Positions 1 through 9,371 are shown, counted from the stretch's first letter. The stretch: 64,000 nucleotides of DNA from an uncultured Chloroflexia bacterium (GCA_963749705.1 CAVVNQ010000015.1:128001-192000), one strand, 5' to 3'. Program-made: numbers and translations. The notes: generated from the sequence alone by a model not told the origin.

Positions 1-699
1 CTCGAGGCCCACGCTCGGGTCGTCCCAGTGGTCGAGCAGGTCCGCGCCGTTGGGGTCCTCGAGGTGACCGAACGGGAGCGCGGTGCCGACCACGGTCACG
101 ACGTCGCCCGGCTCGAGCCTCGCCTCACGATACCGGCGGGCGTTCGATCCGCCGAGCAGGGACGCGGTCACCACGCCGCGGAGTGCCGACTCGGGATCGG
201 GACGGTGCACGGTCAGCAGCTCGGCGATCGCGGCCTCCCGGTCGCCCGCCATGCCGCTGCCGAAGACCGGCCCGGTTCGCATCTCGAGGCCGGGCGGCGT
301 CTCGCCGAACGTCCCGGTACGGTCGTCGAAGCGATCGGGGGCGTCGACCCGGGCGCCGCGCGGGAAGACCCGGATCGTTCCCGAGCCGTCCCGCACCCGG
401 AAGCCGACCCCGCGCTCCTCCTTGAACGCGTCGTCGCGGCCTCGACCCCCGGACGAGACGCTGGCTCGATACCAGACGCACTCGCGGCTCTGGAGCGGGG
501 AGCGGAGGGTCACCTCGGCGGGCTCGATCGTGCCCGAGACGAGCACCTCGCCCGCGGCCAGACCGGCGATCCGCGAGGTCGACGTATCGCCGATGCGCAC
601 GGCCGATTGGAAGCCTCCGAACCCTCGCCACAGCAGCGCGAGGCCGCCGGCGATGCCGGCGGCGGTCAGCGCGAGGAGGGATGGATCAGGGGTGGCCAC
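1..699 (-). CDS. GIDE-like domain membrane protein (3' end runs off the window)
   Basis: Manually translated open frame from GTG at 699 to the window edge. N-terminal TM (LLALTAAGIAGGLALLW), then TSRIAGLAAGEVLVSGTI, LRSPLQSRECVWYR, GFRVRDGSGTIRVFP and RYREARLEPGDVVTVVG, resembling GIDE-family proteins. Not in the ORF track because it is truncated. Confidence 0.6.
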   Translation of the reverse strand, partial: MATPDPSLLALTAAGIAGGLALLWRGFGGFQSAVRIGDTSTSRIAGLAAGEVLVSGTIEPAEVTLRSPLQSRECVWYRASVSSGGRGRDDAFKEERGVGFRVRDGSGTIRVFPRGARVDAPDRFDDRTGTFGETPPGLEMRTGPVFGSGMAGDREAAIAELLTVHRPDPESALRGVVTASLLGGSNARRYREARLEPGDVVTVVGTALPFGHLEDPNGADLLDHWDDPSVGLE

Positions 700-804
700 G
701 GGACGCGATGATGCCCTATCCGGAGTGCCAGCTGCCCGGCGTCCGGGTCCTGCGCCTCGCCGCGATCATCGGACACGCAGTGCGTCCGCTAGTTCGTGCC
801 GGGA

Positions 805-1662
805 TCAGGCCTTGAGCGGCTGGCCGGGCTCGTCCATCGGAGCGGGTTCCTCGCGACGGAGCCAGCGGCCGAGTCCTGCGAGCCCGATGGCCAGGATCGT
901 GGCTCCCGTGGTGATGCCCGCCAGGTTCTCGACCCAGTAATCGCCCCAAAGGCCGCTGTACACGAGCAGCGAACCGTCGATGCCCCGCAGCAGCGCCCAG
1001 ATCCCCGCCCCCGCGGCAAGCCCGCCCCCGAAGGCGATCGTGGGCAATCGCGGAGCGAGGTCGCGATCGAGCATGGCCAGTGCCGCCACGGCGGTTCCGA
1101 CCAGCATGAGCAGGCCCCAGCCGACGAACACGGCCGCGATGACGCTGGCCACGACGCCGGCTGCGACCAGCAATGGACCCGCCGTTCCCGCGGCGCCCAA
1201 CCCGCCGTGGCGCTGGTTGAGCGCCACCATCACGGTCATGGTCAGGATGCCGGCAGCGAACAGCGCCACGTACCCGATGCCATAGACGATCCCGGACAGG
1301 TTCCGCTCGACATCACCGCGCGGTGGCAGGAAGCCCGCCGGCCACCATGTCAGCGGGACGAGCAGCCAGCACGCGGCGCCAACCAGGGCCAGGATGCCCG
1401 CGGTCCGCGTGAACTTCGTCGGCACGATCAACCCTCCATTTGGTGCCGCGGCAAACGCAAGCGCGACGAGCTCCGGATTTCCGAAGTGGTCCAGCGCCCG
1501 CCCCTGGGCGACGTCGGTTCCGTCACCCAGAGCCTCGTATCGCTCGGCGGCGGAGATGAGGTGGTCGGCAGCCTCGGCAACGACATCGTCGACATCCGGC
1601 CGCCAGCGCATCCTGCGGCGCAGCTCGCCGAGATAGGCCTCGATCAGGACGTACCGGGCCAT
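805..1662 (-). CDS. Membrane protein with HAAS/permease-prefix-like N-terminal domain (PadR partner)
   Basis: IEAYLGELRRR..DDVVAEAADHL..ALDHFGNPELVA followed by about 6 TM helices. Start overlaps the padR 3' end. Confidence 0.75.
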   Translation of the reverse strand: MARYVLIEAYLGELRRRMRWRPDVDDVVAEAADHLISAAERYEALGDGTDVAQGRALDHFGNPELVALAFAAAPNGGLIVPTKFTRTAGILALVGAACWLLVPLTWWPAGFLPPRGDVERNLSGIVYGIGYVALFAAGILTMTVMVALNQRHGGLGAAGTAGPLLVAAGVVASVIAAVFVGWGLLMLVGTAVAALAMLDRDLAPRLPTIAFGGGLAAGAGIWALLRGIDGSLLVYSGLWGDYWVENLAGITTGATILAIGLAGLGRWLRREEPAPMDEPGQPLKA

Positions 1663-1985
1663 GTCGCACCCCGCAGGACGCCGGCGACTGCGTCGGAGAA
1701 CTGATCCCAGGCGCGACGCTCGTCCCCGAGCGCACCCCGGCCGCTTTCGGTGAGGCGATAGGTTCGCCGCCGCCTGCCCTGGACCTCCGACCACTCGCTC
1801 GACAGGTAGCCGGCCTGTTCGAGCCGGTGCAGGGCCGGGTACACGGTGCCCTCGGGGAGGTCGAACGCCTGCCCGCTGCGCTCGCGAAGCGCATCGATGA
1901 TGGCGTAGCCGTGCTTGGCGCCGTCCGCGAGCGCGGCCATCAGCAGCAGGTCCAGATGTCCCTTGAGCGCCTGTCCTCGGTCCAT
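1644..1985 (-). CDS. PadR-family transcriptional regulator
   Basis: LKGHLDLLL..HGYAI..EGTVYPALHRLEQAGYL..RRRRTYRLTESG. Confidence 0.95.
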   Translation of the reverse strand: MDRGQALKGHLDLLLMAALADGAKHGYAIIDALRERSGQAFDLPEGTVYPALHRLEQAGYLSSEWSEVQGRRRRTYRLTESGRGALGDERRAWDQFSDAVAGVLRGATWPGTS

Positions 1986-2022
1986 GCCTAGGGATCCTAT
2001 ACTAAGGTAAGCTAGGCGTCAA
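1986..2022 (-). promoter_or_regulatory. Sigma70-type promoter of padR with overlapping inverted repeat (likely autoregulatory operator)
   Basis: Minus strand TTGACG-17nt-TAGGAT-8nt-ATG. GCCTAG...CTAGGC inverted ends; AT-rich patch in GC-rich DNA. Confidence 0.7.
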
Positions 2023-2085
2023 CCGGGTGGGAAGGCTGTCAGCGACACCGTGAGGCATCCGCACGCCGGCGAGCCGGCGCCCGGG

Positions 2086-2703
2086 TCAGCCGCCGGGCGG
2101 CTGGTTCCTGCGCATCGCTCCGATCATGAGCACGACGCCCAGCCCGATCACCACGACCGGCCACAGCAGGTTCCAGTCCACGTCCACGTACTGGTCCACC
2201 AGGAACCATGCGCCGAGCAGGATGAGGACGGCCCCGAACACGATCCCGGCGTTCCCCGAGTCGACCCTGCGCGGCGTCCAGTCCGGCGCTGGCTGGGCCC
2301 CCGGACTCCAGGAGGTCCCCTCGCCGGCCTGCCAGCCCGGTACGGCACCCGGCTGCGGTGCCGACGGCGGCGGGCTTCCGGCCTGCCAGCCGGGAACGGC
2401 GCCCGTGCCGGGGTCGGGCTGCGACGATGCCGGCGGAGGGCCGCCCGCCTGCCAGCCCGAGCCGCTCGAGGGCCATACCGGCGCGGAGCCTGCCCGTGGG
2501 CGCGGCACCCATCCGACCGGTGGCAGCGGCACCACGATCATCATCACGAGATAGACGAGCACGAAGATGCCGCCCGACAGGATGGCGAGCAGGACCCACG
2601 CGATCCGTACGAGGGAAGGATCCAGGTTGAGATAGACCGCAAGCCCGCCGGCCACGCCGGCGATGACGCGGTCGCTGGGAGAGCGATAGAGCCGATCAGT
2701 CAC
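2086..2703 (-). CDS. PspC-domain protein with Pro-rich linker and C-terminal LiaF/DUF5668-like TM hairpin
   Basis: RLYRSPSDRVIAGVAGGLA..DPSLVRI; three GWQAG repeats; C-terminal G..LILLGAWFL..LWPVVVIGLG. Confidence 0.9.
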   Translation of the reverse strand: MTDRLYRSPSDRVIAGVAGGLAVYLNLDPSLVRIAWVLLAILSGGIFVLVYLVMMIVVPLPPVGWVPRPRAGSAPVWPSSGSGWQAGGPPPASSQPDPGTGAVPGWQAGSPPPSAPQPGAVPGWQAGEGTSWSPGAQPAPDWTPRRVDSGNAGIVFGAVLILLGAWFLVDQYVDVDWNLLWPVVVIGLGVVLMIGAMRRNQPPGG

Positions 2704-3673
2704 AGCCGGCCTCCGGGTTGAGGGTGATGCTGCCAGCGTTGGCGCTGGTCGCAAGATCGATGCGATTGGTCGCGGTGTCGTAGCCGGGGCTCGTCCAGGT
2801 GTGTCCGTTCCTCACCAGGCCGCGCTGGTCGAAGTTGTTCGATGACAGCGGGTTGTCGGATCCGCGCAGGCGCAGCGCGACGCCATCGGGGACGCAGACG
2901 TCGATCGAGCCCGCGTTGGCCGAGATGCTGCCGGTCAGCGAGGCGGCCGGCAGGCGCAGCTTGAGCGACCCCGCATTGGCCGAGGCATCAAGCTGGCCGA
3001 CCTGCGCGGCCTCGGACAGGTCGAGCCTGATCTCGCCGGCGTTGACACTCACCGTGATGTCCGGGACGCGTGCGTTGGCGAGGTTCAGCCGCGCCGAAGC
3101 GGCATTGATGGCGACCTTGAGCTCGGTCACCGGGTCCGTCGGGAGCGTGACGTGCCACTGGTCGCCGCGACGGGTGAACCCGATCCCGGTGCGATTTCGC
3201 GACCGGACCTGGAGGCGATCGGCGGACGACTGGACGACCGGGCCCTGCCCGTCGTTGTCGCTGCCGGCGATGACCCACCCGGTGCCGGCAGCCGTCACGA
3301 CGTCCAGCTCGCCGCAGTTGAGCTCGATGTCGACGGTCGGGCTCGTCCCCAGCGCCCCCGTCTGCGTGGAGAACGCGGTCCCCTGGGCGCCATCCCCGAA
3401 GGTGCAGTTGGCAAAGCCACCTTCGACCCCGACGCTCAGGATGCTGCCACCGATAAGGCCGAACGTGATCGAGACCACGAGTCCGCCCACGACGGCGAGC
3501 TGCGTTCGCTGGAGGACCAGCCCGAGCCCGATCCCGACCAGGATCAGCGGCCACAGCTCCCACGCCCGGCGGACGGTATCTGTATCCAGGTAGCCCGCCC
3601 GGACGGCGAGCGGAACGGCTCCCAGGACGATGAGGAACACACCCCACCGCAGCAGGCCACGGTCAATTCGCAT
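2696..3673 (-). CDS. LiaF/DUF5668-like TM region plus toast-rack (DUF4097-like) domain protein
   Basis: WGVFLIVLG..LWPLILVGIG TM motif followed by repeated xNAGSI/L beta-repeats. Overlaps the pspC start. Confidence 0.75.
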   Translation of the reverse strand: MRIDRGLLRWGVFLIVLGAVPLAVRAGYLDTDTVRRAWELWPLILVGIGLGLVLQRTQLAVVGGLVVSITFGLIGGSILSVGVEGGFANCTFGDGAQGTAFSTQTGALGTSPTVDIELNCGELDVVTAAGTGWVIAGSDNDGQGPVVQSSADRLQVRSRNRTGIGFTRRGDQWHVTLPTDPVTELKVAINAASARLNLANARVPDITVSVNAGEIRLDLSEAAQVGQLDASANAGSLKLRLPAASLTGSISANAGSIDVCVPDGVALRLRGSDNPLSSNNFDQRGLVRNGHTWTSPGYDTATNRIDLATSANAGSITLNPEAGCD

Positions 3674-3852
3674 GGTCGCACCCTCTCAACCCTCGACGCA
3701 CGCCCATCATCGCGAATCCGCGCGTCGCGCGACAGTCCCGTTGTCACCTCGATGTCACCTCCCGGTCCCGGCCGGATTGGCCATCCCTCCTCCGCGCGAC
3801 GGAGTTCGGTAGCCTTGTCGAGACCGCCGTCCGCGCGGTCGATCGAGGAGCC

Positions 3853-4524
3853 GTGATGCCGGAGCGCCGCACCGTGGACGCCGTCCTGTTCGATCTCGAC
3901 GGGGTTCTGGTGGATACCGAGCCGTGGTGGGACGAGGTGCGTCACGCGTTCGCGGTCGAGCACGGTCGGGCGTGGACCGACGCCGATCAGCGGGCGGTGA
4001 TGGGCGCCAACACCCGTCAGTGGGCGGCGATCATGCGGGAGCGTCTGGCGCTGACGGACGTCAGCGTCGACGCCATCGCGGGCGCGATCGTCGATGGCGT
4101 GCTCGCGCGGTATCGGGATGGCGCCCCCCGGGTCCTCCCCGGCGCCGTCGAGGCCGTCCGCCGGATCGCGTCGCACCGTCCTGTGGCGATCGCATCGTCG
4201 TCGCATCCCGTGCTCATCGAGGCGGCGGTCGACGCCCTCGACCTGGGCGACGTTCTCGGGGCCGCCGTGTCGTCCGATGAGGTCTCCCACGGCAAGCCCG
4301 CCCCGGACGTCTATCTGCTCGCGGGCTCGCGGCTGGGCGTCGAACCCGGGCGCTGCCTGGTCGTCGAGGACTCGCTCAACGGCGTCCGCGCCGGCAAGGC
4401 GGCGGGCATGACGGTGATCCTGGTCCCGAACCCGAGCGTGCCGCCGGCGGCCGGCGCGGAGGCGCTCGCGGATCTCGTGATCGAGCGCCTCGACGACCTC
4501 GATCCCGACGCGATCGAGCGCTGA
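3853..4524 (+). CDS. HAD-superfamily phosphatase (subfamily IA)
   Basis: FDLDGVLVDTE, ASSS, GKPAPDVY and VEDSLNGV motifs. Confidence 0.93.
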   Translation: MMPERRTVDAVLFDLDGVLVDTEPWWDEVRHAFAVEHGRAWTDADQRAVMGANTRQWAAIMRERLALTDVSVDAIAGAIVDGVLARYRDGAPRVLPGAVEAVRRIASHRPVAIASSSHPVLIEAAVDALDLGDVLGAAVSSDEVSHGKPAPDVYLLAGSRLGVEPGRCLVVEDSLNGVRAGKAAGMTVILVPNPSVPPAAGAEALADLVIERLDDLDPDAIER

Positions 4525-4555
4525 CCCGGGCGACGGCGGGCGCATACTGTCTGGC

Positions 4556-5314
4556 GTGGCCAGCCCTGCGGCGACCGGCCCCGTCCACCGGCCCTACCGC
4601 TTCCAATTCGTCCAGGTCGTCCTGACCGCGGTCGTGCGGCTCATCCTCCGGGTGCGTGTCGAGGGTCGACCGAACCTCGCGACCGGACCGGCGATCTACT
4701 GCTTCAATCACCTCAACTGGGCCGATCCGATCATCCTGCTGACCGTCCTGCCGGGGCGCCCGAGGCTGGCGATGTTCGGCCCCAAGGAGGCCGACATGCG
4801 TCGCGGCGCGCGAAACCGCCTGATCATGTGGGCGGGGTTCGGGATCCCGTACAAGCCCGACAAGCACGACCTGATCGAGATCACCCGCCGTGTGCAGCGG
4901 ATCCTCGAGGACGGATGGGTGATCGTGATCGCCGGGGAGGGCCGGATCCATCGCGGGGAGCGCGAGCTGCTGCCCCTGGCGGGCGGCACCGCCTACTTCG
5001 CGCTGCGCGCCGGCGTCCCGATCATCCCCGTCGCCATCAACGGCAGCAGCTGGCTCGGGTTCCGGCGCCTGGTCAGGATCCGGATCGGCGAGCCGATCGC
5101 CCCGGAGGGTCGGGCGACCCGCGAGCACGTGGCGGCCATCACCGCCCGGACGGAGGCGGCGCTCCGGGCCATGACCTCGGACTTCGCCGATCCGGGCGAG
5201 CCCGGCCGCTTCGGCCGATGGCTGACCGAGCTGTTCAACGACTGGCCGGAGGGTGCCCGCCCGACCCTCGGGGCAGGCGATGCCGCCGCGACGGGGCAGG
5301 GGAGCGCAGGCTGA
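4556..5314 (+). CDS. Lysophospholipid acyltransferase (PlsC family)
   Basis: NHLNWAD (HX4D), GEGRI, GVPIIPVAING. Confidence 0.85.
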   Translation: MASPAATGPVHRPYRFQFVQVVLTAVVRLILRVRVEGRPNLATGPAIYCFNHLNWADPIILLTVLPGRPRLAMFGPKEADMRRGARNRLIMWAGFGIPYKPDKHDLIEITRRVQRILEDGWVIVIAGEGRIHRGERELLPLAGGTAYFALRAGVPIIPVAINGSSWLGFRRLVRIRIGEPIAPEGRATREHVAAITARTEAALRAMTSDFADPGEPGRFGRWLTELFNDWPEGARPTLGAGDAAATGQGSAG

Positions 5315-5373
5315 CTTCCGGCTGACCCCCGGGTGTGGCATCCTGCTGCCGACGACCTGACGCAGGAGGATCC

Positions 5374-5739
5374 GTGGAAGCAACCGGCCTTTCCGCCGAC
5401 GCCAAGGAGTACCGCGCCCGCCTTGCGGAGCAATCGGACGCCCAGATCGACTCCTGGGCCGCGGAGCTGATGCGCGACATCGCCATCCGCCGCGGCGTCG
5501 TGCGCGTCGTCGAGGACTTCCGGGCCGCGGCCGGGCTCGATCCGCGGGCATTCGAACGGGTGTTCGCTTCCGGCGGCGGGCCGCCCGATGTGGTGGGACG
5601 CACCGCCGCGGGCAAGCTCATGGTCCCGGCGACGACCCTGTGGGCGCTGGTCCCGGGCATCCGGACGCAGGTCGCAGACGGCCGCGAGCGCCTGATCGCC
5701 TACCTCGTCGCCAACTTCGACGAGCTCGTCTACGTCTGA
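5374..5739 (+). CDS. Hypothetical protein
   Basis: GGAGGA RBS before GTG 5374, GC3-biased codons, co-oriented in the cluster. Confidence 0.7.
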   Translation: MEATGLSADAKEYRARLAEQSDAQIDSWAAELMRDIAIRRGVVRVVEDFRAAAGLDPRAFERVFASGGGPPDVVGRTAAGKLMVPATTLWALVPGIRTQVADGRERLIAYLVANFDELVYV

Positions 5740-5821
5740 CGAACCGGCCGGCGCGCTCGACGTCATCGAGATCGCGACCGACCTGCCGTCCATCCCGGCA
5801 GCCGCTCGCCTGGCGGGCGCA

Positions 5822-6667
5822 TTGAGGCTGGTCCACCCGTTCCCCTCGGTGCTCAACGGCGTCGTCGTGGCGCTGGTTGCGGCGGTGGCCGGGGGAGCAC
5901 CCGAGCGGGCGGCCATGCTGGGCATCTCGATGACGCTGCTGCAGTTCTCGATCGGGGCCCTCAACGACGTGACCGATATCCATCGCGATGCGGACCGCTC
6001 GCGCGACAAGCCCATCCCGGGCGGCGTCGTGTCCGAGCCCGTCGCGCGAGCCGTGGTCGCCGCGTGCGCCGCGGCAGGTCTCGGGCTTGCGCTCATCGCA
6101 GGCCCCGCGCTGCTGCTGCTGGCGGTGGTCGGCCTCGCCACGGGCGTGGTCTACGACCTGAGGGTCCGTGGGACGACCCTGTCGTGGCTCCCGATCGCGG
6201 TCGGGATCCCGCTGCTCCCCGTATACGGCTGGTTCGGGGCGACCGGGACGCTGCCTGGCGTGTTCCTCGTGCTCGTGCCGGCCGCAGCCAACGCCGGGAC
6301 CGCGCTTGCCATCGCCAACGCCATCGTCGACATGGAACACGACGAGACGGCCGGGAACGGCTCGATCGCTCTCGCGCTCGGGGCAGGCCTCGCGTCCGCG
6401 CTGGTCCTCGCCCTGCATGCCGTCGTCGCGGCGCTGGCGCTCGGGACGGCCGTGGTGCTCGGTGCCCCGGGAGGCTGGCTGGCGGCCATGCTGCTCGCCG
6501 CCGGGGCGCCGATCGCGGGGGCGTTGGTGGGGATCGGCGGCGCGGTCCGCCGCAGCCCAACGCTCCACGAGCTGGCCTGGGAGATCCAGGCACTCGGCAC
6601 CGGGCTGCTGGCGGTCGCCTGGCTGGGTGCGCTGAGCGCCTCGAGCAGTCCCATGGCGGGCGCCTGA
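5822..6667 (+). CDS. UbiA-family prenyltransferase (start uncertain, possibly ACG 5732)
   Basis: LNDVTDIHRD..KPIPGG and DMEHD aspartate motifs; multiple TM helices. Confidence 0.85.
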   Translation: MRLVHPFPSVLNGVVVALVAAVAGGAPERAAMLGISMTLLQFSIGALNDVTDIHRDADRSRDKPIPGGVVSEPVARAVVAACAAAGLGLALIAGPALLLLAVVGLATGVVYDLRVRGTTLSWLPIAVGIPLLPVYGWFGATGTLPGVFLVLVPAAANAGTALAIANAIVDMEHDETAGNGSIALALGAGLASALVLALHAVVAALALGTAVVLGAPGGWLAAMLLAAGAPIAGALVGIGGAVRRSPTLHELAWEIQALGTGLLAVAWLGALSASSSPMAGA

Positions 6668-6859
6668 GGCGTCGGGACCCGAGGCGTCGGGCCCCCGCGG
6701 CCGGGCCCGCGGGTGCGTCCGCGACGCCCGACGCCGGTCCGGTGTTGCGCGCACGCGCACACCGTCGTCCGGGGTGCGCAGGACGGATGTACCCCTAACG
6801 ACCTTCACGGCTGACTCGTTACCATGAGCACAGCCACCTTGAACCGAGGTTTTCTATTG

Positions 6860-7414
6860 ATGACTGACCTGACTCGCCGCTTCCGTGGCCTTGGGATCGC
6901 ATTCGTCGTCCTTGCGCTCTCGGCTGGCGCCGTGTTCGCCACCTCGCCGGGCCTGCCGTCCCAGGCAAACGATCACGCGAGGACGGCAGCCGACCAGACC
7001 GGGGCGGACGACGGCAGCGAGGCGCCCGAGTCGGAGGCTCCTGAGTCCGAGGCGCCCGAGTCCGAGGCGCCCGAGTCAGAGGCGCCGAAGGTCGACGCTC
7101 CGGCCTCCGACGCTGCCCCCAGCGACAACCACGGCGCTCTCGTCTCGACGGCGGCGCAGATGGACACGCCCGACGGGTTCCCGAACCACGGTGCGTTCGT
7201 GTCGTGCGTCGCCCACATGAAGGACGTGTCGGCCGTCGGGTTCGACTGGACGACCGTGACACCGGAGCTGTGCGGGATCACCACCCCCGACGCTCAGACC
7301 CAGGCGGACAGCCAGACGAAGGCAGACGCCGGCAAGGCGAAGGGCGCCGCGGGCAAGGCCAAGGGCCACGCGAAGCGAGCAGCGGCCGCAGCCCTGGCTG
7401 CCTCGCACCACTGA
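6860..7414 (+). CDS. Secreted low-complexity protein with EAPES repeats and two NHG motifs
   Basis: Signal peptide (RRFRGLGIAFVVLALSAGAVFA), GAGGT RBS, Lys/Ala-rich tail. Confidence 0.7.
   Translation: MTDLTRRFRGLGIAFVVLALSAGAVFATSPGLPSQANDHARTAADQTGADDGSEAPESEAPESEAPESEAPESEAPKVDAPASDAAPSDNHGALVSTAAQMDTPDGFPNHGAFVSCVAHMKDVSAVGFDWTTVTPELCGITTPDAQTQADSQTKADAGKAKGAAGKAKGHAKRAAAAALAASHH
7019..7087 (+). repeat. 15-bp coding tandem repeat (EAPES x~4.6)
   Basis: GAGGCNCCNGAGTCN units in tandem. Confidence 0.9.
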
Positions 7415-7454
7415 CCATGACCGGCCCTCGGGCCGGGACCCCCAGAGAATCGAT

Positions 7455-7481
7455 GAAGCCGGCGCCGATGGCGCCGGCTTC
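7455..7481. terminator. Hairpin between convergent genes
   Basis: GAAGCCGGCGCC-GAT-GGCGCCGGCTTC, perfect 12-bp stem. Confidence 0.7.
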
Positions 7482-7508
7482 GATGTTCCCGCGGGGAGCC
7501 GCTGCAAC

Positions 7509-8516
7509 CTAGCGATCGGTGTCCCCGCTGCGGACCACGGCGATGGCGTTCTCGAGCCGCAGCTTCGCGATCGTCAGGTACTTCGCGAGATTGCTCCGGT
7601 CGATGGGGCCGATCGCGTCGAGGACCTCCGGGTTGCGGAGCATGTCCAGGAAGTCCTCGACCGCCTCGTTGAGCTGCTGCTTGGCGGTGACGAGCGAGTC
7701 ATCGCGCATGGGCGTCGCGGGCCGCGTTCCGTGTCCTGCCCAGTCACCCGCCTCCGCGTCCGGGATGTCGGTGGCCGCGACATCCGGCTGGTCCGTCGTC
7801 TCGGCCGGCAGCCTGGCCGGCCGGCCCTCGATCCGCTCACGGAGCTTGACCAGGGACAGCTCGTTGCGGGCGACCTGGTCGGCCAGCCGGCGGCGCTTCT
7901 TGGGGTCCTGGACCTTCATCAGCTCGTAGGCGTGGGACAGCGTGTCCTTGCGCAAAGACACGAGCTCGCGGACCTCGGGCGGTGCGTCGGCCAGCCGGAG
8001 CCGGTTCTCGAGATATCCCTTGTCCTTGCCCAGCTTCTCGGCGAGTCTGCGGATGCTGTATCCGTGGTCCCGGATCATGCGGTCGTACATCGCCGCCTCG
8101 TCGAGCGGCGAGATGTCCTCGCGCTGGAGGTTCTCGATGATCGAGATCTCGAGCGCCGTATCGTCGTCGATGTCCTCGACCAGCGCGGGGATCGTCGGGC
8201 GCCCTGCGATCTTCGAGGCTCGCCATCGGCGTTCGCCGGCGATCAGCTGGTAGCGCCCGTCGTCGAGCGGGCGAACGAGGATCGGCTGGAGCACACCATG
8301 CTCGCGGATCGACGCGGCCAGCTCCTCGAGCGTCGCCTCGTCGAACGCGAGGCGCGGCTGCTCCGGATTGGAATCGATGTGATCCGTCTCGATCACCTTC
8401 ACGCCGGTCGACCTGCGGTTCATGTCCGGCGACAGGAGGCTGACGATCGCGGGCGGAAGCTCCCGATCCTCGGACAGTCGGCGGGCGGCGGCGGCGCGGA
8501 AATCAGGCCTGGCCAA
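7509..8516 (-). CDS. parB: ParB/Spo0J partition protein
   Basis: [34 protein letters not shown] (CTPase motif), [12 protein letters not shown]. Confidence 0.95.
   Translation of the reverse strand: MARPDFRAAAARRLSEDRELPPAIVSLLSPDMNRRSTGVKVIETDHIDSNPEQPRLAFDEATLEELAASIREHGVLQPILVRPLDDGRYQLIAGERRWRASKIAGRPTIPALVEDIDDDTALEISIIENLQREDISPLDEAAMYDRMIRDHGYSIRRLAEKLGKDKGYLENRLRLADAPPEVRELVSLRKDTLSHAYELMKVQDPKKRRRLADQVARNELSLVKLRERIEGRPARLPAETTDQPDVAATDIPDAEAGDWAGHGTRPATPMRDDSLVTAKQQLNEAVEDFLDMLRNPEVLDAIGPIDRSNLAKYLTIAKLRLENAIAVVRSGDTDR
7941..7962. promoter_or_regulatory. Palindromic site copy 1 (candidate parS), inside parB
   Basis: CGTGTCCTTGCGCAAAGACACG, 22-bp palindrome with 1 mismatch. Confidence 0.65.
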
Positions 8517-9279
8517 GTTCGATCACCTCCCGGGCGAGTTCGCGGTAGCTGCGAGCGGCTTCGGACGATCCGGCGTACGACGTGATGGGACGCCCGGCAA
8601 GCGGCGCCTCGCCCAGCTTCACGGTGTTGCGGATGATGGTGGTGAACACGTGGTGGTCACCCACCACTCGCAGCTCGTCGAGCATGTCCCGCGCCAGGTT
8701 GGTCCGGCCGTCGTAGAACGTCGGCAGCAGGCCCAGGATCCGGAGGTCCCGGTTGAGCTTCAGCCGGATCGCGTTGATGACCTTGACCAGGTTGTTGAGT
8801 CCCTTCATCGCGTAGAACTGCGTCTGGACGGGAATGATCACGCTGTCGGCGGCTGCCAGGCCATTGACCGTCAGGAGACCGAGGTTGGGCGGACAGTCGA
8901 TCAGCACGTAGTCGTACGGGTCGACCGCGTCGCGCATCGCCTCGCGCAGGATCTGCTCACGGCCCAACGCGGTGAACAGTTCGCCCTCGGTGCTGGCGAG
9001 GTCGATGTGCGCCGGTGCGACATCGATGCCGGCCGTCTCGGTCGCGAGGATCACCTCGGGGAGCGTCGATCGCCCGTCGGCGAGGACATCGGCCATGGAT
9101 CGCTGGACGGTGTTGAGGTTGACGCCCAGCCCCGCGGTGAGGTTCGCCTGCGGATCCATGTCGATCAGGAGCACTCGGCAGCCCTCCTCGGCCAGCGCTC
9201 CCGCAAGGTTGATCGCGGTCGTTGTCTTGCCAACGCCACCCTTCTGGTTGGCGATCGCGATCACGTGCGACAAGGACAT
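8503..9279 (-). CDS. parA: ParA/Soj-family ATPase
   Basis: [12 protein letters not shown] deviant Walker [17 protein letters not shown]; overlaps the parB start. Confidence 0.95.
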   Translation of the reverse strand: MSLSHVIAIANQKGGVGKTTTAINLAGALAEEGCRVLLIDMDPQANLTAGLGVNLNTVQRSMADVLADGRSTLPEVILATETAGIDVAPAHIDLASTEGELFTALGREQILREAMRDAVDPYDYVLIDCPPNLGLLTVNGLAAADSVIIPVQTQFYAMKGLNNLVKVINAIRLKLNRDLRILGLLPTFYDGRTNLARDMLDELRVVGDHHVFTTIIRNTVKLGEAPLAGRPITSYAGSSEAARSYRELAREVIELGQA

Positions 9280-9371
9280 CACCTCGAAATGGAACAGCTG
9301 CGGCGCGGGGCCGGATTGCAGCGGGGGTGGTGCGAATGCTACCGCGAGGGCGTCGCCCTGCGGACGCGAGG

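Noticed and set aside
6768-6920. Partial matches to the candidate parS (GGGGTGCGCAGGAC near 6771; GTCCTTGCGC at 6908)
   Set aside because: Half-sites only, and expected by chance.
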